This document shows, piece by piece, positions 10,234-20,301 of a DNA stretch of 64,000 bases; the stretch's first letter is position 1, and every line of letters starts with the position of its first letter. The translations under genes and the position numbers were made by a program. The stretch comes from Nitrososphaera sp. (GTDB lineage: Archaea; Thermoproteota; Nitrososphaeria; Nitrososphaerales; Nitrososphaeraceae): positions 510 through 64,509 of the forward strand of contig DATBMW010000092.1 of the NCBI GenBank assembly GCA_036554645.1. The letters are read 5' to 3'. A model generated the notes under the pieces. It did not search any database, was not told where the DNA came from, and was given only the letters and a program-made list of their open reading frames with translations.

Positions 10234-10479
10234 ATGCTAGGTGGCAGCGGCGGGGGAAGGGAAAACGATACCGTGGACGACCAGTTCATGGGGATAATAG
10301 ACGACCTTGTGGTAATGTCCGAGCATGATTCAGAGCTCGCGGAGGGATTGAGATGGATAGACAGCCAGTCGCGCAAGCAGGGAGTTACCTTTTACGAGAT
10401 GGCCATGATAATATTGAGGAAGCACATGGCAGAGAGAAAAGCCAAAGAGTGGCTCAGCAACAAGCTCAGTTCGCAATAA
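10234..10479 (+). CDS. Small hypothetical protein
   Basis: 81-aa helical ORF with a TATA-like element upstream; overlaps the end of the malic enzyme gene convergently. Confidence 0.7.
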   Translation: MLGGSGGGRENDTVDDQFMGIIDDLVVMSEHDSELAEGLRWIDSQSRKQGVTFYEMAMIILRKHMAERKAKEWLSNKLSSQ

Positions 10480-11686
10480 AAGAACGGACTGCCTTGTTCA
10501 CGGCATCCTGAATTCTAGAATCAGTCACGTTAGGGACAATGTTGAAAGGCTTTAGCTGGTCTCTTGGAATAATGTCTGCCAGGGCGTAGGCGATACTTAC
10601 CAAAAGCTGCTGGCTTATCTTGCGAATCCTGTTATCTAGAATCGCCCTCATGGTGAACGGAAATACCAGGGCGTTGTTTGCCCTGTTTTCGAACTTGTAG
10701 CTTCCGGTAGCGATCACGCGAGCTCCGGCCTCAGCGGCGTCCTTTGGATGAATCTCGGGATCAGGATTTGTCAAGGGGAGGATTATCGAATCCTTGTTCA
10801 TGGTTCTTGCCATCGAGGAGGTCAGTAGGTTCTTGATCCCCGATACTCCGATAAAGACGTCCTTGCCCTTTATCGAGTCAGCAAGGCTGACAGCTCCATC
10901 AGTTGCTTTCGTGACTGATGCCAGCTCGTTTTTGTACTTGTTCATTGTGCTTGCCGGCCTTGACTTTGAGAGGACGCCATGCGAATCAGTCACAACAATG
11001 TCCTTTATCCCCACTGCGCGCATTATCCTGACGATGCCGTATCCGGCAGAACCTGCCCCTGCCACAACGACGCTTGTTTCCTCTAGCTTTCTGTTTGTGA
11101 ACCTGATGGCATTCAGGAGCGCCGCCAGAGTGACGACCGCGGTGCCGTGCTGATCATCGTGGAAGACAGGGATATCGAGCTCGTCAGTAAGCCTCTCCGT
11201 TATTTCAAGAGCCTTTGGCGTCTCGATGTCTTCGATGTTTATCGCTCCAAATGCAGGCGAGATGTGTTTCACCGTCCTGATTATTTCCTCGCTGTCCGTG
11301 GTCTGAAGGCATATGGGAAACGCGTCAACATTTCCGTACTGCTTGTAGAGGAGCGCCTTTCCTTCCATTACTGGAAGCGCGGCCTCGGGCCCAAGCGATC
11401 CAAGGCCAAGCGTTCTGGTCCCATCGGTAACGATGGCCACATTATTCCACTTTGAAGTATATTCGTACGCCTTTTCCCTGTCCGCAGCTATCTCTAGGCA
11501 GACTTCGGCCACACCCGGGGTGTACGCAATGCTAATTTCCCTGGGTGTCCGGACCGAGACTTTGCCCTTTATTTCGATCTTGCCCCTTACCTTCCTGTGA
11601 AGCTCGAGTGCTTCCTGGCCAAGTGCACGTTTTCTGCCGGCCGATTTTTTCGCGTCCGCAGGCCCATCCTTTGCAAAAGTCTCCAT
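10466..11686 (-). CDS. NAD(P)-dependent malic enzyme
   Basis: AYTPGVA, VTDGT, PVMEGKA, FHDDQHGTA, GAGSAG, NPDPEI. Confidence 0.95.
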   Translation of the reverse strand: METFAKDGPADAKKSAGRKRALGQEALELHRKVRGKIEIKGKVSVRTPREISIAYTPGVAEVCLEIAADREKAYEYTSKWNNVAIVTDGTRTLGLGSLGPEAALPVMEGKALLYKQYGNVDAFPICLQTTDSEEIIRTVKHISPAFGAINIEDIETPKALEITERLTDELDIPVFHDDQHGTAVVTLAALLNAIRFTNRKLEETSVVVAGAGSAGYGIVRIMRAVGIKDIVVTDSHGVLSKSRPASTMNKYKNELASVTKATDGAVSLADSIKGKDVFIGVSGIKNLLTSSMARTMNKDSIILPLTNPDPEIHPKDAAEAGARVIATGSYKFENRANNALVFPFTMRAILDNRIRKISQQLLVSIAYALADIIPRDQLKPFNIVPNVTDSRIQDAVNKAVRSFIAN

Positions 11687-11728
11687 TAGATGCCTAGGTG
11701 CACCCTCTCTTCAGTCCTTCAGATGATC

Positions 11729-12928
11729 CTATTTATCAAGTGTGCTGCCGGACGCCGGATGCCTGCTGGAAAGGGGAATGTACTCACAACCCATTGGACC
11801 GCAATACTTGCCGACATAGACTGCCTTTGGTCTGTACAGGGCGGGCTTTGGCGCAGCTTCAGCGAACTTTTCCTCGATTACGTGCGCGGCCCATCCCGCT
11901 ATTCTTGAAATCGCGAAAATGGGAGTATTGAGGTCCATCGGGATCCCCATGCTATAGTATACCGACGCGCTGTATAGGTCCACGTTAGGATATATCGCCT
12001 GGCGCTTGTTCTCCAGCATCCAGTTCTTTGTGGTCTCCTCTATCCTCTTTGTGATATCGTACCACTTGTTGTTCTTTTCCTTCGAGATCCTTGTCGAAAG
12101 CTTTGCAAGGACGTCTGCCCTCGGGTCTGTTGTGCGATAGACCGCGTGCCCCATGCCCATTACTCTACCTCCTGACTTTAGGCGGGCTTCAACCCATTTT
12201 TCGACATCAGAGGGATCCTGGATTTCAAGAAGCATCTTCATTACCTGGACGTTTGCGCCGCCGTGCAGCTCGCCGGATAGCGCGCCGGCAGCCCCGCAGA
12301 TGCAGGCGTACATGTGGGCTCTTGTTGATGCTATTTCCCTTGCAGCAAATGTCGAAGCGTTAAAGCTGTGCTCAGCATGAAGAATCAGACAAACGTCCAT
12401 GACCCTTGCTTCATCAGGCGAAGGCTCGACTCCCCTGAGCGCGTACAGAAAATTCGCAGCGTGTGAGGCTTCCCTTTCTTCTATAGGGTCGACTACGTGC
12501 TGGCCGCTTCTTATTCTGTTCCATGCGGCGACGATTGCGGGGATCTTCGCCATCAGAATTATTGCCCGCCGTATGTGCGCGTCCTTTGAAGTATCCTCGA
12601 TATTCAGATCGTAGTCGCTCAATTCCGATATGCATGACTGCAAGACGTCCATCGGCTGGGAGCGCCGGGGCCTGTTTTTCAGGTTCTTTATCAGGGGTTC
12701 CGGGATTCCTCGCGCTTCTTCCAGTCTCCGCTTAAAGTCCCTGAACTGCTGCTCAGTCGGCAGGTCTCCAAAGAGTAGGAGATATGCCGTTTCTTCATAA
12801 GTAGAATGCTTGACAAGGTCGAGGATGTCATAACCTCTGTAAATTAACTTGCCATTCTCGCCGTCAATTGAGCATATTTTGGTATCGGCAACTTCGATAT
12901 TGCGAAGGCCGATGTTGCGTGCATCCAT
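11729..12928 (-). CDS. gltA: Citrate synthase
   Basis: LIYRGY, HAEHSFNAST, LHGGAN, GMGHAVY..DPR, PNVDLY; start reassigned to ATG 12928 (MDARNIGL). Confidence 0.95.
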   Translation of the reverse strand: MDARNIGLRNIEVADTKICSIDGENGKLIYRGYDILDLVKHSTYEETAYLLLFGDLPTEQQFRDFKRRLEEARGIPEPLIKNLKNRPRRSQPMDVLQSCISELSDYDLNIEDTSKDAHIRRAIILMAKIPAIVAAWNRIRSGQHVVDPIEEREASHAANFLYALRGVEPSPDEARVMDVCLILHAEHSFNASTFAAREIASTRAHMYACICGAAGALSGELHGGANVQVMKMLLEIQDPSDVEKWVEARLKSGGRVMGMGHAVYRTTDPRADVLAKLSTRISKEKNNKWYDITKRIEETTKNWMLENKRQAIYPNVDLYSASVYYSMGIPMDLNTPIFAISRIAGWAAHVIEEKFAEAAPKPALYRPKAVYVGKYCGPMGCEYIPLSSRHPASGSTLDK

Positions 12929-13069
12929 GTAGTGCTTGACAGCAGTCCTTGGTCTGATTTTGTATTTTAAGGTAATGTAGCAACTCCACTCTTTTCGCAA
13001 GCAGGCTTTTAGCCGGAACTTCTGCAAAAAGTCATAGTAATTATACCGCCCAAGGCAATTCCCTAGCGC

Positions 13070-14116
13070 TTGAAAAGAGCCATGACGTACCGGGACGCCG
13101 GCGTCGATGTCACAAAGATTCGCACCGCGCAAAAGTCGATTGGTGCGATTATTTCTTCAACCCACAGGTTTATCTCGGAAGGAAAAGTTGTTTCAGGCTT
13201 TGGGCACTATGCCGGCCTCATAAAGTTGCGAGGGAACACCCTTGCGCTTCATTCAGACGGGGTCGGGACGAAGGTCATCGTGGCTCAGCTGATGAATCGC
13301 TTTGATACCATCGGCATCGATTGTGTTGCAATGAACGTAAACGATGTCATTTGCGTGGGCGCCAGGCCAATCGGCTTTCTGGATTACATCGCGCTCAGGC
13401 AGCCAAACGAGCAGCTTGTACAAGAGATCGCCAGGGGCCTTGTGGAAGGGGCCAGGCAATCTGAAACGGCCATAGTAGGTGGCGAGACGGCCATCTTGCC
13501 AGACCTCATAGCCGGCGATGAGAACTCGTTTGATCTGGCTGGAATGGTTATGGGCAGCATCAGCGGCAAGCCGCTTCTCGGCGACGCAATCCAGCCAGGG
13601 GACCTGATACTTGGTGTTGAAAGTAGCGGCCTCCATTCAAACGGCTTTACTCTTGCCCGCAAGGTCTTGCTTTCGCGGTATTCAGTCGATGACAATGCAG
13701 AACACCTTGTCCAGACGGTAGGCGAGGAATTGCTTGTTCCCACCCGAATCTATGTAAAGCCAGTGATGGAAATATTAAAAAAGAAAATTAACGTCCACGG
13801 CATCGGACACATCACGGGAGGCGCGTTCAAGAAATTATCTCGCCTGAACCATCGGGTCAGATACGAACTTGACAAGCTGCCACCCGTTACCGGGATATTC
13901 CGGCAGATACAGGTTGACGGCGGAATCGAGACAAAGGAAATGTATCGCACCTTTAACATGGGAGTTGGTCTTTGCTTGATCTGCGCCCCGGGCTCTGCCG
14001 AAGCCTTGCGCCGGGTCTTCTCAAAGCACAGGATGCGCAGCACGATTGTAGGCAGGGTGCAGAAGGGAAGCGGCGAAGTCATTGCCAGCGTTGGGGACAA
14101 AAGACAAGTCCTCTGA
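13070..14116 (+). CDS. purM: Phosphoribosylformylglycinamidine cyclo-ligase (AIR synthase)
   Basis: YRDAGVD, DGVGTK, VAMNVND, GGETA, SSGLHSNG, HITGG, TFNMGVG. Confidence 0.97.
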   Translation: MKRAMTYRDAGVDVTKIRTAQKSIGAIISSTHRFISEGKVVSGFGHYAGLIKLRGNTLALHSDGVGTKVIVAQLMNRFDTIGIDCVAMNVNDVICVGARPIGFLDYIALRQPNEQLVQEIARGLVEGARQSETAIVGGETAILPDLIAGDENSFDLAGMVMGSISGKPLLGDAIQPGDLILGVESSGLHSNGFTLARKVLLSRYSVDDNAEHLVQTVGEELLVPTRIYVKPVMEILKKKINVHGIGHITGGAFKKLSRLNHRVRYELDKLPPVTGIFRQIQVDGGIETKEMYRTFNMGVGLCLICAPGSAEALRRVFSKHRMRSTIVGRVQKGSGEVIASVGDKRQVL

Positions 14117-14160
14117 TATACAAAAATTAATATTCGCTGCTCGACATTTTTTCAAAGACA

Positions 14161-15741
14161 TTGCTTACGCTCGATGCCGGCAATTATCAGCGCGCCTGCC
14201 AAAAGATAGCGGAAAAAATCGACACGCATGGTAGCGCTGTAACTGCAGGGCAAATCACCAGGATTATCAGAGAAATTGCGTCGGCAAATCATCTGGATAC
14301 GATGCCGAAAAATGAACACATCCTGCGATATCTTCATAATGCCGTCGCCAGAAGCAAGCTCGTCGTCCGCCCGGCCAAGACCGCGTCGGGTGTTGCCGTG
14401 ATAGCAGTCATGCCCATGCCGTACGGGTGCCCTCATGGCAGGTGCATTTACTGCCCTGGCGGAGTAGAGTTCAACACTCCCCTCAGTTACACGGGAACAG
14501 AGCCGGCCACAAAGGCCGCGCAGAGATTCGGCTATGATCCATACAAACAGGTCAGCAGCAAGTTGGAACAGCTTAAGGCAAGAGGGCATGACACTGGCAA
14601 GACGGAAATTGTGATCGTCGGTGGCACTTTTCCCTTCATGCCCGCGGCTTACCAGAAGGAATTTGCAAAGTCGTGTTTTGATGCCCTGAATGGCTTTGCT
14701 TCATCGGACCTTCATGGGGCGATTTCTGCCAACGAAACCGCAGCCAACCGATGCGTGGGAATTACCGTGGAGACCAAGCCAGACTATTGCAAAGAGCAGC
14801 ATATCGATCTGATGCTAGAGCTCGGTGTGACCAGGGTTGAGATAGGTGTGCAGTCCCTCCGGGAGCAGGTCTACCGGATTGTAAACCGGGGACACACGCT
14901 TGATGACGTGATCAAGGCGTTCAGCGCGGCCCGGGATTCCGGGTACAAGATAGTCGCGCACATGATGCCCGGCCTCCCCGGAAGCTCACCTGAGAAGGAC
15001 ATCGAGGATTTCAGGAGGCTGTTTGAGGACGATGCTTTCAAGCCAGACATGATAAAGATTTACCCGACACTCGTTCTCAGCCACACCGGCCTGTCCAGCA
15101 TGCACGAGCGCGGAAGCTACGAGGCATATTCTGACGAAGACCTTGTCCGCGTAATTGTCGAAGTCAAGAAAATGATCCCACGCTGGGTGCGGATAATGCG
15201 CGTCCAGCGCGAAATAGAATCTGCTGATATCATTGCTGGACCGAGGGCTGGCAACCTTCGTCAGGTAGTCCTTGACAGGCTGCGGCATGAGGGCGCCAAA
15301 TGCAAATGCATACGGTGCAGGGAAACCGGGCTACGCAAAAGGTATCCAAGAGGGGACGATGTAGTCCTGACAAGGCTCGACTATGGGGCTTCGGCCGGAC
15401 GCGAAATATTTCTGTCATATGAAAGCAGGGATGGAGAAATCCTACTTGGCTTCCTGCGTCTGAGGCGGGTGGCAAAGCCACACCGGCCGGAACTAGCGGG
15501 AAGCGCTGTGGTCCGCGAGCTTCACGTTTATGGCCGGGCGGTGGGAGTCGGCAAGGGAGAACAAGAGGTCAGCTCACAACACAGAGGCTACGGATCAAAA
15601 CTGCTCAAGGAAGCCGAAAGGATCTCTGCAGACGAGCTTGGCGTTGGAAAAATCACTGTCATTTCTGCAGTGGGCACAAGGCAATACTACAGGAAATTGG
15701 GGTACGTTCAGGACGGACCTTATGTGTCAAAGGTGCTCTAG
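14161..15741 (+). CDS. elp3: tRNA U34 carboxymethyltransferase Elp3 (radical SAM + GNAT)
   Basis: CPHGRCIYCPG, GGTF, ETKPD, HMMPGLP, KIYPT, VRELHVYG, QHRGYG. Confidence 0.95.
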   Translation: MLTLDAGNYQRACQKIAEKIDTHGSAVTAGQITRIIREIASANHLDTMPKNEHILRYLHNAVARSKLVVRPAKTASGVAVIAVMPMPYGCPHGRCIYCPGGVEFNTPLSYTGTEPATKAAQRFGYDPYKQVSSKLEQLKARGHDTGKTEIVIVGGTFPFMPAAYQKEFAKSCFDALNGFASSDLHGAISANETAANRCVGITVETKPDYCKEQHIDLMLELGVTRVEIGVQSLREQVYRIVNRGHTLDDVIKAFSAARDSGYKIVAHMMPGLPGSSPEKDIEDFRRLFEDDAFKPDMIKIYPTLVLSHTGLSSMHERGSYEAYSDEDLVRVIVEVKKMIPRWVRIMRVQREIESADIIAGPRAGNLRQVVLDRLRHEGAKCKCIRCRETGLRKRYPRGDDVVLTRLDYGASAGREIFLSYESRDGEILLGFLRLRRVAKPHRPELAGSAVVRELHVYGRAVGVGKGEQEVSSQHRGYGSKLLKEAERISADELGVGKITVISAVGTRQYYRKLGYVQDGPYVSKVL

Positions 15742-17373
15742 GTGGAAGGAGAACAAGTCGTTATCGGCAAAGGAACCTGGATTGACAAGCTCGCCGATAC
15801 CTTGGTAAAGCGGGAAAAAAAGCTGGGCAGAAATCTAGAGAACATCAGAGTCGAGAGTGGCTTGGGTGCGTCAGGGATACCCCATATAGGAAGCATGGGC
15901 GACGCGGCGCGCGCTTATGGCATCTCGTTGGCCCTGCAAAACCTGGGCTTCAAGTCAGAGCTGATCGCGTACTCGGACGACATGGACGGCCTGCGCAAGA
16001 TACCGGCGGGCCTTCCAGATTGGCTCAGGGAGCATATGGCCAAGCCAGTCTCTTCCATTCCGGATCCTTTCGGAGACTGCCATGGCTCCTACGGCGCCCA
16101 CATGAGTAGCCTGCTGCTGGACGGGCTTGACAGGGCGGGGATACGATACCGGTTCCAGAGCGGACGGCAGGCCTACGAATCGGGACTTCTTGTCACGCAG
16201 ATAGACAAGATCCTGCAGAATAGGCAGAGGCTTGGCCAGAAAATAGCGGAATTTGTAGGCCAGGAAAAATACACGGAGGTTCTCCCGTATTTTCCGGTGT
16301 GTGAGAATTGCGGCCGGCTCTACACCGCAGTCTCGCAGAATTACCTTGCCGATGAAAAAAAGGTCGCGTACTCGTGCCTTGGCAGCCGGATCGGCAAGGC
16401 CGATGTCAAGGGCTGCGGACACAAAGGCGAAGCAGATATCTCCAAAGGTCACGGTAAACTGGCCTGGAAAGTCGAGTTTGCCGCTCGGTGGCAGGCGCTG
16501 GACATCAGGTTCGAGGCCTACGGGAAGGATATCATGGATTCCGTGCGGGTCAACGACTGGGTGGCCGACGAAATCCTCGGCTATTCCCATCCTCTCCACG
16601 TAAAGTATGAAATGTTCCTTGACAAGTCCGGCAAAAAGATAAGCAAATCAGCGGGCAATGTGCTGACGCCGCAAATGTGGATGCGGTACGGAACACCGGA
16701 ATCGCTGTTGCTGCTGCTCTTCAAGAGGATAACGGGCACCAGGAGCGTGGGGCTTGATGATGTGCCGACGCTGATGGGCGAATACGATGAAATCGAAGAC
16801 GTATATTTTGGCAAGACCACCGAAGACAACCCGGCCAAGCTGGTAAAGACAAAGGGGCTGTACGAATACGTCCACAAGCTTTCGCCGCCCAGCAAGCCAC
16901 AGCCACACATATCGTATCGTCTCATAGCCCAGCAGGCAGCAGTCATTCCGGCAGGCGACGACCGTTACGAAAAGATAATCGGCCGGCTCGAAAATTACGG
17001 CATAATCAAGGAAAAGACGGACGACGTCAGACAGAAAATTATCCTTGCTTCAAACTGGGCTGACGACAGCGGCGGTGGCAGTCAGGACGAAAAATACGAT
17101 GTGCAGCTTTCTGAAAGTCAGATAAAAGCAGTGGGAGAATTAATCAAAGAAGTAGCGCCCTTCTCCGGCCTGCCAAACACCCCGGACAACGCCAAGAACC
17201 TGCAGTCAAAGGTTTTTGACATCGCGAGGGCCAATGGCATGGAACCAAAGGAATTCTTTACTCTGCTTTACAGGATGTTTCTCAATGCCGAAAGGGGTCC
17301 AAGGATCGGCAACTATTTTCTCGATCTTGGAATTGACCGAGTTGTCGCGACGCTCAACAGATACCTGTCCTAA
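15742..17373 (+). CDS. lysS: Lysyl-tRNA synthetase, class I
   Basis: SGIPHIG (HIGH), DDMDGLRK, GKLAWK, FEAYGKD, KISKS (KMSKS), GPRIG. Confidence 0.96.
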   Translation: MEGEQVVIGKGTWIDKLADTLVKREKKLGRNLENIRVESGLGASGIPHIGSMGDAARAYGISLALQNLGFKSELIAYSDDMDGLRKIPAGLPDWLREHMAKPVSSIPDPFGDCHGSYGAHMSSLLLDGLDRAGIRYRFQSGRQAYESGLLVTQIDKILQNRQRLGQKIAEFVGQEKYTEVLPYFPVCENCGRLYTAVSQNYLADEKKVAYSCLGSRIGKADVKGCGHKGEADISKGHGKLAWKVEFAARWQALDIRFEAYGKDIMDSVRVNDWVADEILGYSHPLHVKYEMFLDKSGKKISKSAGNVLTPQMWMRYGTPESLLLLLFKRITGTRSVGLDDVPTLMGEYDEIEDVYFGKTTEDNPAKLVKTKGLYEYVHKLSPPSKPQPHISYRLIAQQAAVIPAGDDRYEKIIGRLENYGIIKEKTDDVRQKIILASNWADDSGGGSQDEKYDVQLSESQIKAVGELIKEVAPFSGLPNTPDNAKNLQSKVFDIARANGMEPKEFFTLLYRMFLNAERGPRIGNYFLDLGIDRVVATLNRYLS

Positions 17374-17415
17374 CAATCCGCTTATATAGCAAATACAACC
17401 AGATTATCGCGGAGC

Positions 17416-17829
17416 TTGAATCGCAAGATCGCCAATATGCCTCCAATGATAATCGTCCAAGGATCATGCGCGGACTTTAACAAGGAGAGGTCAAAGATAA
17501 TGGAATTCATCGGTTCGCTCGAATGGGGTGTGCACACAAAGACCCGGTGCGAATGTTCTTCAAGCGGCAAAGCCCTTGGGTGGGATTTTTTCCACATCTA
17601 CTTTCAACCCGAGTTTGTAGAGGAGCTACTTGATGTGTATCCGGAAATACAAAAGCAGGAAGGCAACGACCTTGAGCAGCGATTTGTCCTGTGGCTCAAC
17701 AAGCAATTGAAAAAGTCAAAACAGAAATACTACCTGAAGTTGAGTGATGTCCCGCACGCTGAGCCCAAAGGGTTCAGGCTCGATCCAGAGGCGTATCGCG
17801 ACGACAGCGAGCTCGAGAAGCTGCGCTGA
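17416..17829 (+). CDS. Hypothetical protein
   Basis: 137-aa ORF with TTATATA upstream, co-oriented with neighbours. Confidence 0.65.
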   Translation: MNRKIANMPPMIIVQGSCADFNKERSKIMEFIGSLEWGVHTKTRCECSSSGKALGWDFFHIYFQPEFVEELLDVYPEIQKQEGNDLEQRFVLWLNKQLKKSKQKYYLKLSDVPHAEPKGFRLDPEAYRDDSELEKLR

Positions 17830-17864
17830 AATTTATATCGGAAATACTACAAGGAAATGCGCCA

Positions 17865-18815
17865 ATGAAGGTCCTGATCTTCTCACACGAGTCGGACCTT
17901 GATGGGCTATATTCGGCAGCTATCGGGCTTATTCGATATCCCCAGGCAATGACAGTGTTTCTCGGCTACGGGGCAGAAAGCTTTGGCAAGATTGGCAACT
18001 TTATTCATGGTGCAACTCATTTCTCAGCCGAGCGCGGCATTGTCATCATAGCCGACCTTGGATTAAACGATGACCTTGTCGATGCCTGCAAGTCGATCTT
18101 TTCCGAAGCATCGAAAAATGGATGGAAGTTAATGTGGGTGGACCATCACCCATGGTCACGGCACGCGATCGACTCGGTAAGCCAGCTCTGCGAGCTGGTG
18201 CTTGACAGCTCGGGCGAAAAGTGTGCATCGGACCTCATGTTCGAGAAACTTGTTCCGGGAAACCTGCTGGCAGAAAAGCTTGCCGGCATGGCTCATACAA
18301 GCGACTTTTTCACCAAGGACCAGTACCTTACGCCGATATCCGAATTGATAAGGTACTACCAGACCTTCCCTGACTTTTACGACCGGATGCAGGAGCTTGC
18401 CCGCAAATCTGCAAAAGGGATCCTGTGGGATGTAGAAATGCAATCCGATTACGACAGCTATTCCAAGCTGCGAGACGAAGCAAAGGCGCAGGTTCTTGCG
18501 ACAACTTTGGTAAGAAAGGTAGGTAACCTTGAGGTCGCGTACGTCCAGTCTTCACCATACATTCAGAACAGCCTGTTTTCTGAAGAGATTTTCGAAAAGA
18601 CCGGAGTCGATCTCGTGATGTTTTACAGCTCAAAGGGCAAGGTCAGCATTAGACGCAACATCGATTCGATATCATGCCGCGTAGTGGCCTTGAATCTGCC
18701 CGAGGGGGGCGGCCACGACTATGCGGCAGGTGCAACATTCAAGAGCGACCCAGGCGATAGCCCGATGGTGATAGCAGAACTTGAAGCAGCTGTCGCAAAG
18801 GCGCTGGGTGTCTAG
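17865..18815 (+). CDS. DHH/DHHA1 family phosphoesterase
   Basis: HESDLDG, IADLG, WVDHH, VSIR, GGGHDYAAG. Confidence 0.92.
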   Translation: MKVLIFSHESDLDGLYSAAIGLIRYPQAMTVFLGYGAESFGKIGNFIHGATHFSAERGIVIIADLGLNDDLVDACKSIFSEASKNGWKLMWVDHHPWSRHAIDSVSQLCELVLDSSGEKCASDLMFEKLVPGNLLAEKLAGMAHTSDFFTKDQYLTPISELIRYYQTFPDFYDRMQELARKSAKGILWDVEMQSDYDSYSKLRDEAKAQVLATTLVRKVGNLEVAYVQSSPYIQNSLFSEEIFEKTGVDLVMFYSSKGKVSIRRNIDSISCRVVALNLPEGGGHDYAAGATFKSDPGDSPMVIAELEAAVAKALGV

Positions 18816-18868
18816 TTACCGTCAAATACTTTAAAAGAATACCCGTCGAATAGGGGAGTGAACAAGAG

Positions 18869-19630
18869 ATGGGCGGGATGAAAGGAAAGGTTGCCATGAT
18901 AACTGGCGCCGGAGGAGGTGTTGGCAGGGCCATTTCAAAGAGGCTTGCTTCTGAAGGATGCAAAGTAGTTCTTATCGGCAGAAACAGGGACAAGCTTGCA
19001 AAGCTTGGATCAGAAATCGGCGACAAGAAAAATATCATGACCGTTGCGACAGACATCACCAAGGAGGCCGAGGTCCTTAGCGCCACAGAACAGACGATTT
19101 CATCATTTGACAGGATAGACATCCTGGTCAACAATGCCGGCACCATCACGGACCCTGCGCCCTTTCACGAATCATCAGACGATCATTGGAACGAACTCAT
19201 CGATACCAACCTCATCGGAACATTCAGGATGACAAAGGCCGTGATCCCCATAATGATGAAAAACGGAGGCGGCAACATCGTCAACATCTCATCAGTTCTG
19301 GGCATGAGATCGATACCAAAGGTACCACTGTCGGTGTACGGAGTGACCAAGGCGGGCGTCATAATGTTCACAAAGAGCATAGCAGTGGAGTACGGCCAGC
19401 ATGGCATTCGATCAAATTGTGTCTGCCCTTCAACTATCAAGAGCTCGATAATAGAGCCATACTTGCAGGACGAAAACGCAAAGAAAATCCTCGAGTCTAA
19501 CTTTCCACTTCGCAGAATAGGCGATCCTGAAGACATCGCTGGCGCTGTGGCGTACCTTTGCTCCGAAGACGCACGCTGGGTTACCGGGACCGTCCTCATG
19601 GTCGATGGCGGGGTATCGGCAAAGCAATAG
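18869..19630 (+). CDS. Short-chain dehydrogenase/reductase (FabG-like)
   Basis: TGAGGGVG, NNAG, NISS, YGVTK, VDGG. Confidence 0.93.
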   Translation: MGGMKGKVAMITGAGGGVGRAISKRLASEGCKVVLIGRNRDKLAKLGSEIGDKKNIMTVATDITKEAEVLSATEQTISSFDRIDILVNNAGTITDPAPFHESSDDHWNELIDTNLIGTFRMTKAVIPIMMKNGGGNIVNISSVLGMRSIPKVPLSVYGVTKAGVIMFTKSIAVEYGQHGIRSNCVCPSTIKSSIIEPYLQDENAKKILESNFPLRRIGDPEDIAGAVAYLCSEDARWVTGTVLMVDGGVSAKQ

Positions 19631-19728
19631 CACAGTCCGAACTGTTTACGGATGGAACTTTCAAGAAATGACTCTTGCTCTGGTTTTGGCAGAAAGAGTT
19701 ATAATCTTGCGAAAGGCGTACTGCAACA

Positions 19729-19848
19729 ATGAAGGAAAGAACAATGCCAGTCTGCCTTTCGCCGGAACAGTTGAAACTAGTTGAAGAGTATGCAAAGAAA
19801 AGAGGCATGCTCGACGCAAGCCAAGCGATCGAACATGTAACAGAATAG
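19729..19848 (+). CDS. 39-aa small protein, possibly ribbon-helix-helix-like
   Basis: MKERTMPVCLSPEQLKLVEEYAKKRGMLDASQAIEHVTE; TTATAA about 25-30 bp upstream; below the ORF-track cutoff. Confidence 0.6.
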   Translation: MKERTMPVCLSPEQLKLVEEYAKKRGMLDASQAIEHVTE

Positions 19849-19851
19849 ATT

Positions 19852-20196
19852 CTATAGCGCCTGTTCGCCGCGCTGTTTCGAGCCGATATCTACTGCATCG
19901 TCCACATCGGAGACGAAAATCTTGCCTTCGCCTGCCAGCCCTGAGCTGGCGCTCTCAAAGATTTTTTCTATCACTTTTGTGACCATCGAGTCCTTTGTGA
20001 CGATGACGATTGTCGCGTTGACATTGAATTCCGGTCTATATGTGCCCGTACCCCTTCCGGAATGGATCTCCTGTCTTGGAATCTGTCCCTGTCCCTTCGT
20101 GTCGTAGTATGTAAGGCCGCCCAAATTCAGCTCTTTGAGTGCGGCAAATGCCTTATCAAGCCTCGCAGAAGGAATAACCGCTTCGATTCTCTTCAT
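19852..20196 (-). CDS. glnB: Nitrogen regulatory protein PII (GlnB/GlnK family)
   Basis: MKRIEAVI, KGQG, T-loop SGRGTGTY, GEGKIFVSDV. Confidence 0.93.
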   Translation of the reverse strand: MKRIEAVIPSARLDKAFAALKELNLGGLTYYDTKGQGQIPRQEIHSGRGTGTYRPEFNVNATIVIVTKDSMVTKVIEKIFESASSGLAGEGKIFVSDVDDAVDIGSKQRGEQAL

Positions 20197-20272
20197 GATA
20201 TGATTCTTGTCAGCTAGGTAGCCCCTTTATTAAAATATTTTGTATTTCGTACAACGCGCAAATTCTCGGTAG

Positions 20273-20301
20273 AAATAACATAAAATTGCCAAGCAATTTT
20301 A
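20273..20301. promoter_or_regulatory. Inverted repeat plus motif shared with the second PII promoter
   Basis: TAAAATTGC-CAA-GCAATTTTA (20281-20301); minus-strand AATTTTATGTTATTT (20273-20287). Confidence 0.5.

Noticed and set aside
12929-13132. 68-aa N-terminal extension of citrate synthase in the ORF track
   Set aside because: Overlaps purM and the divergent promoter; family similarity begins at ATG 12928
15955-16599. 214-aa - strand ORF
   Set aside because: Antisense shadow of lysS
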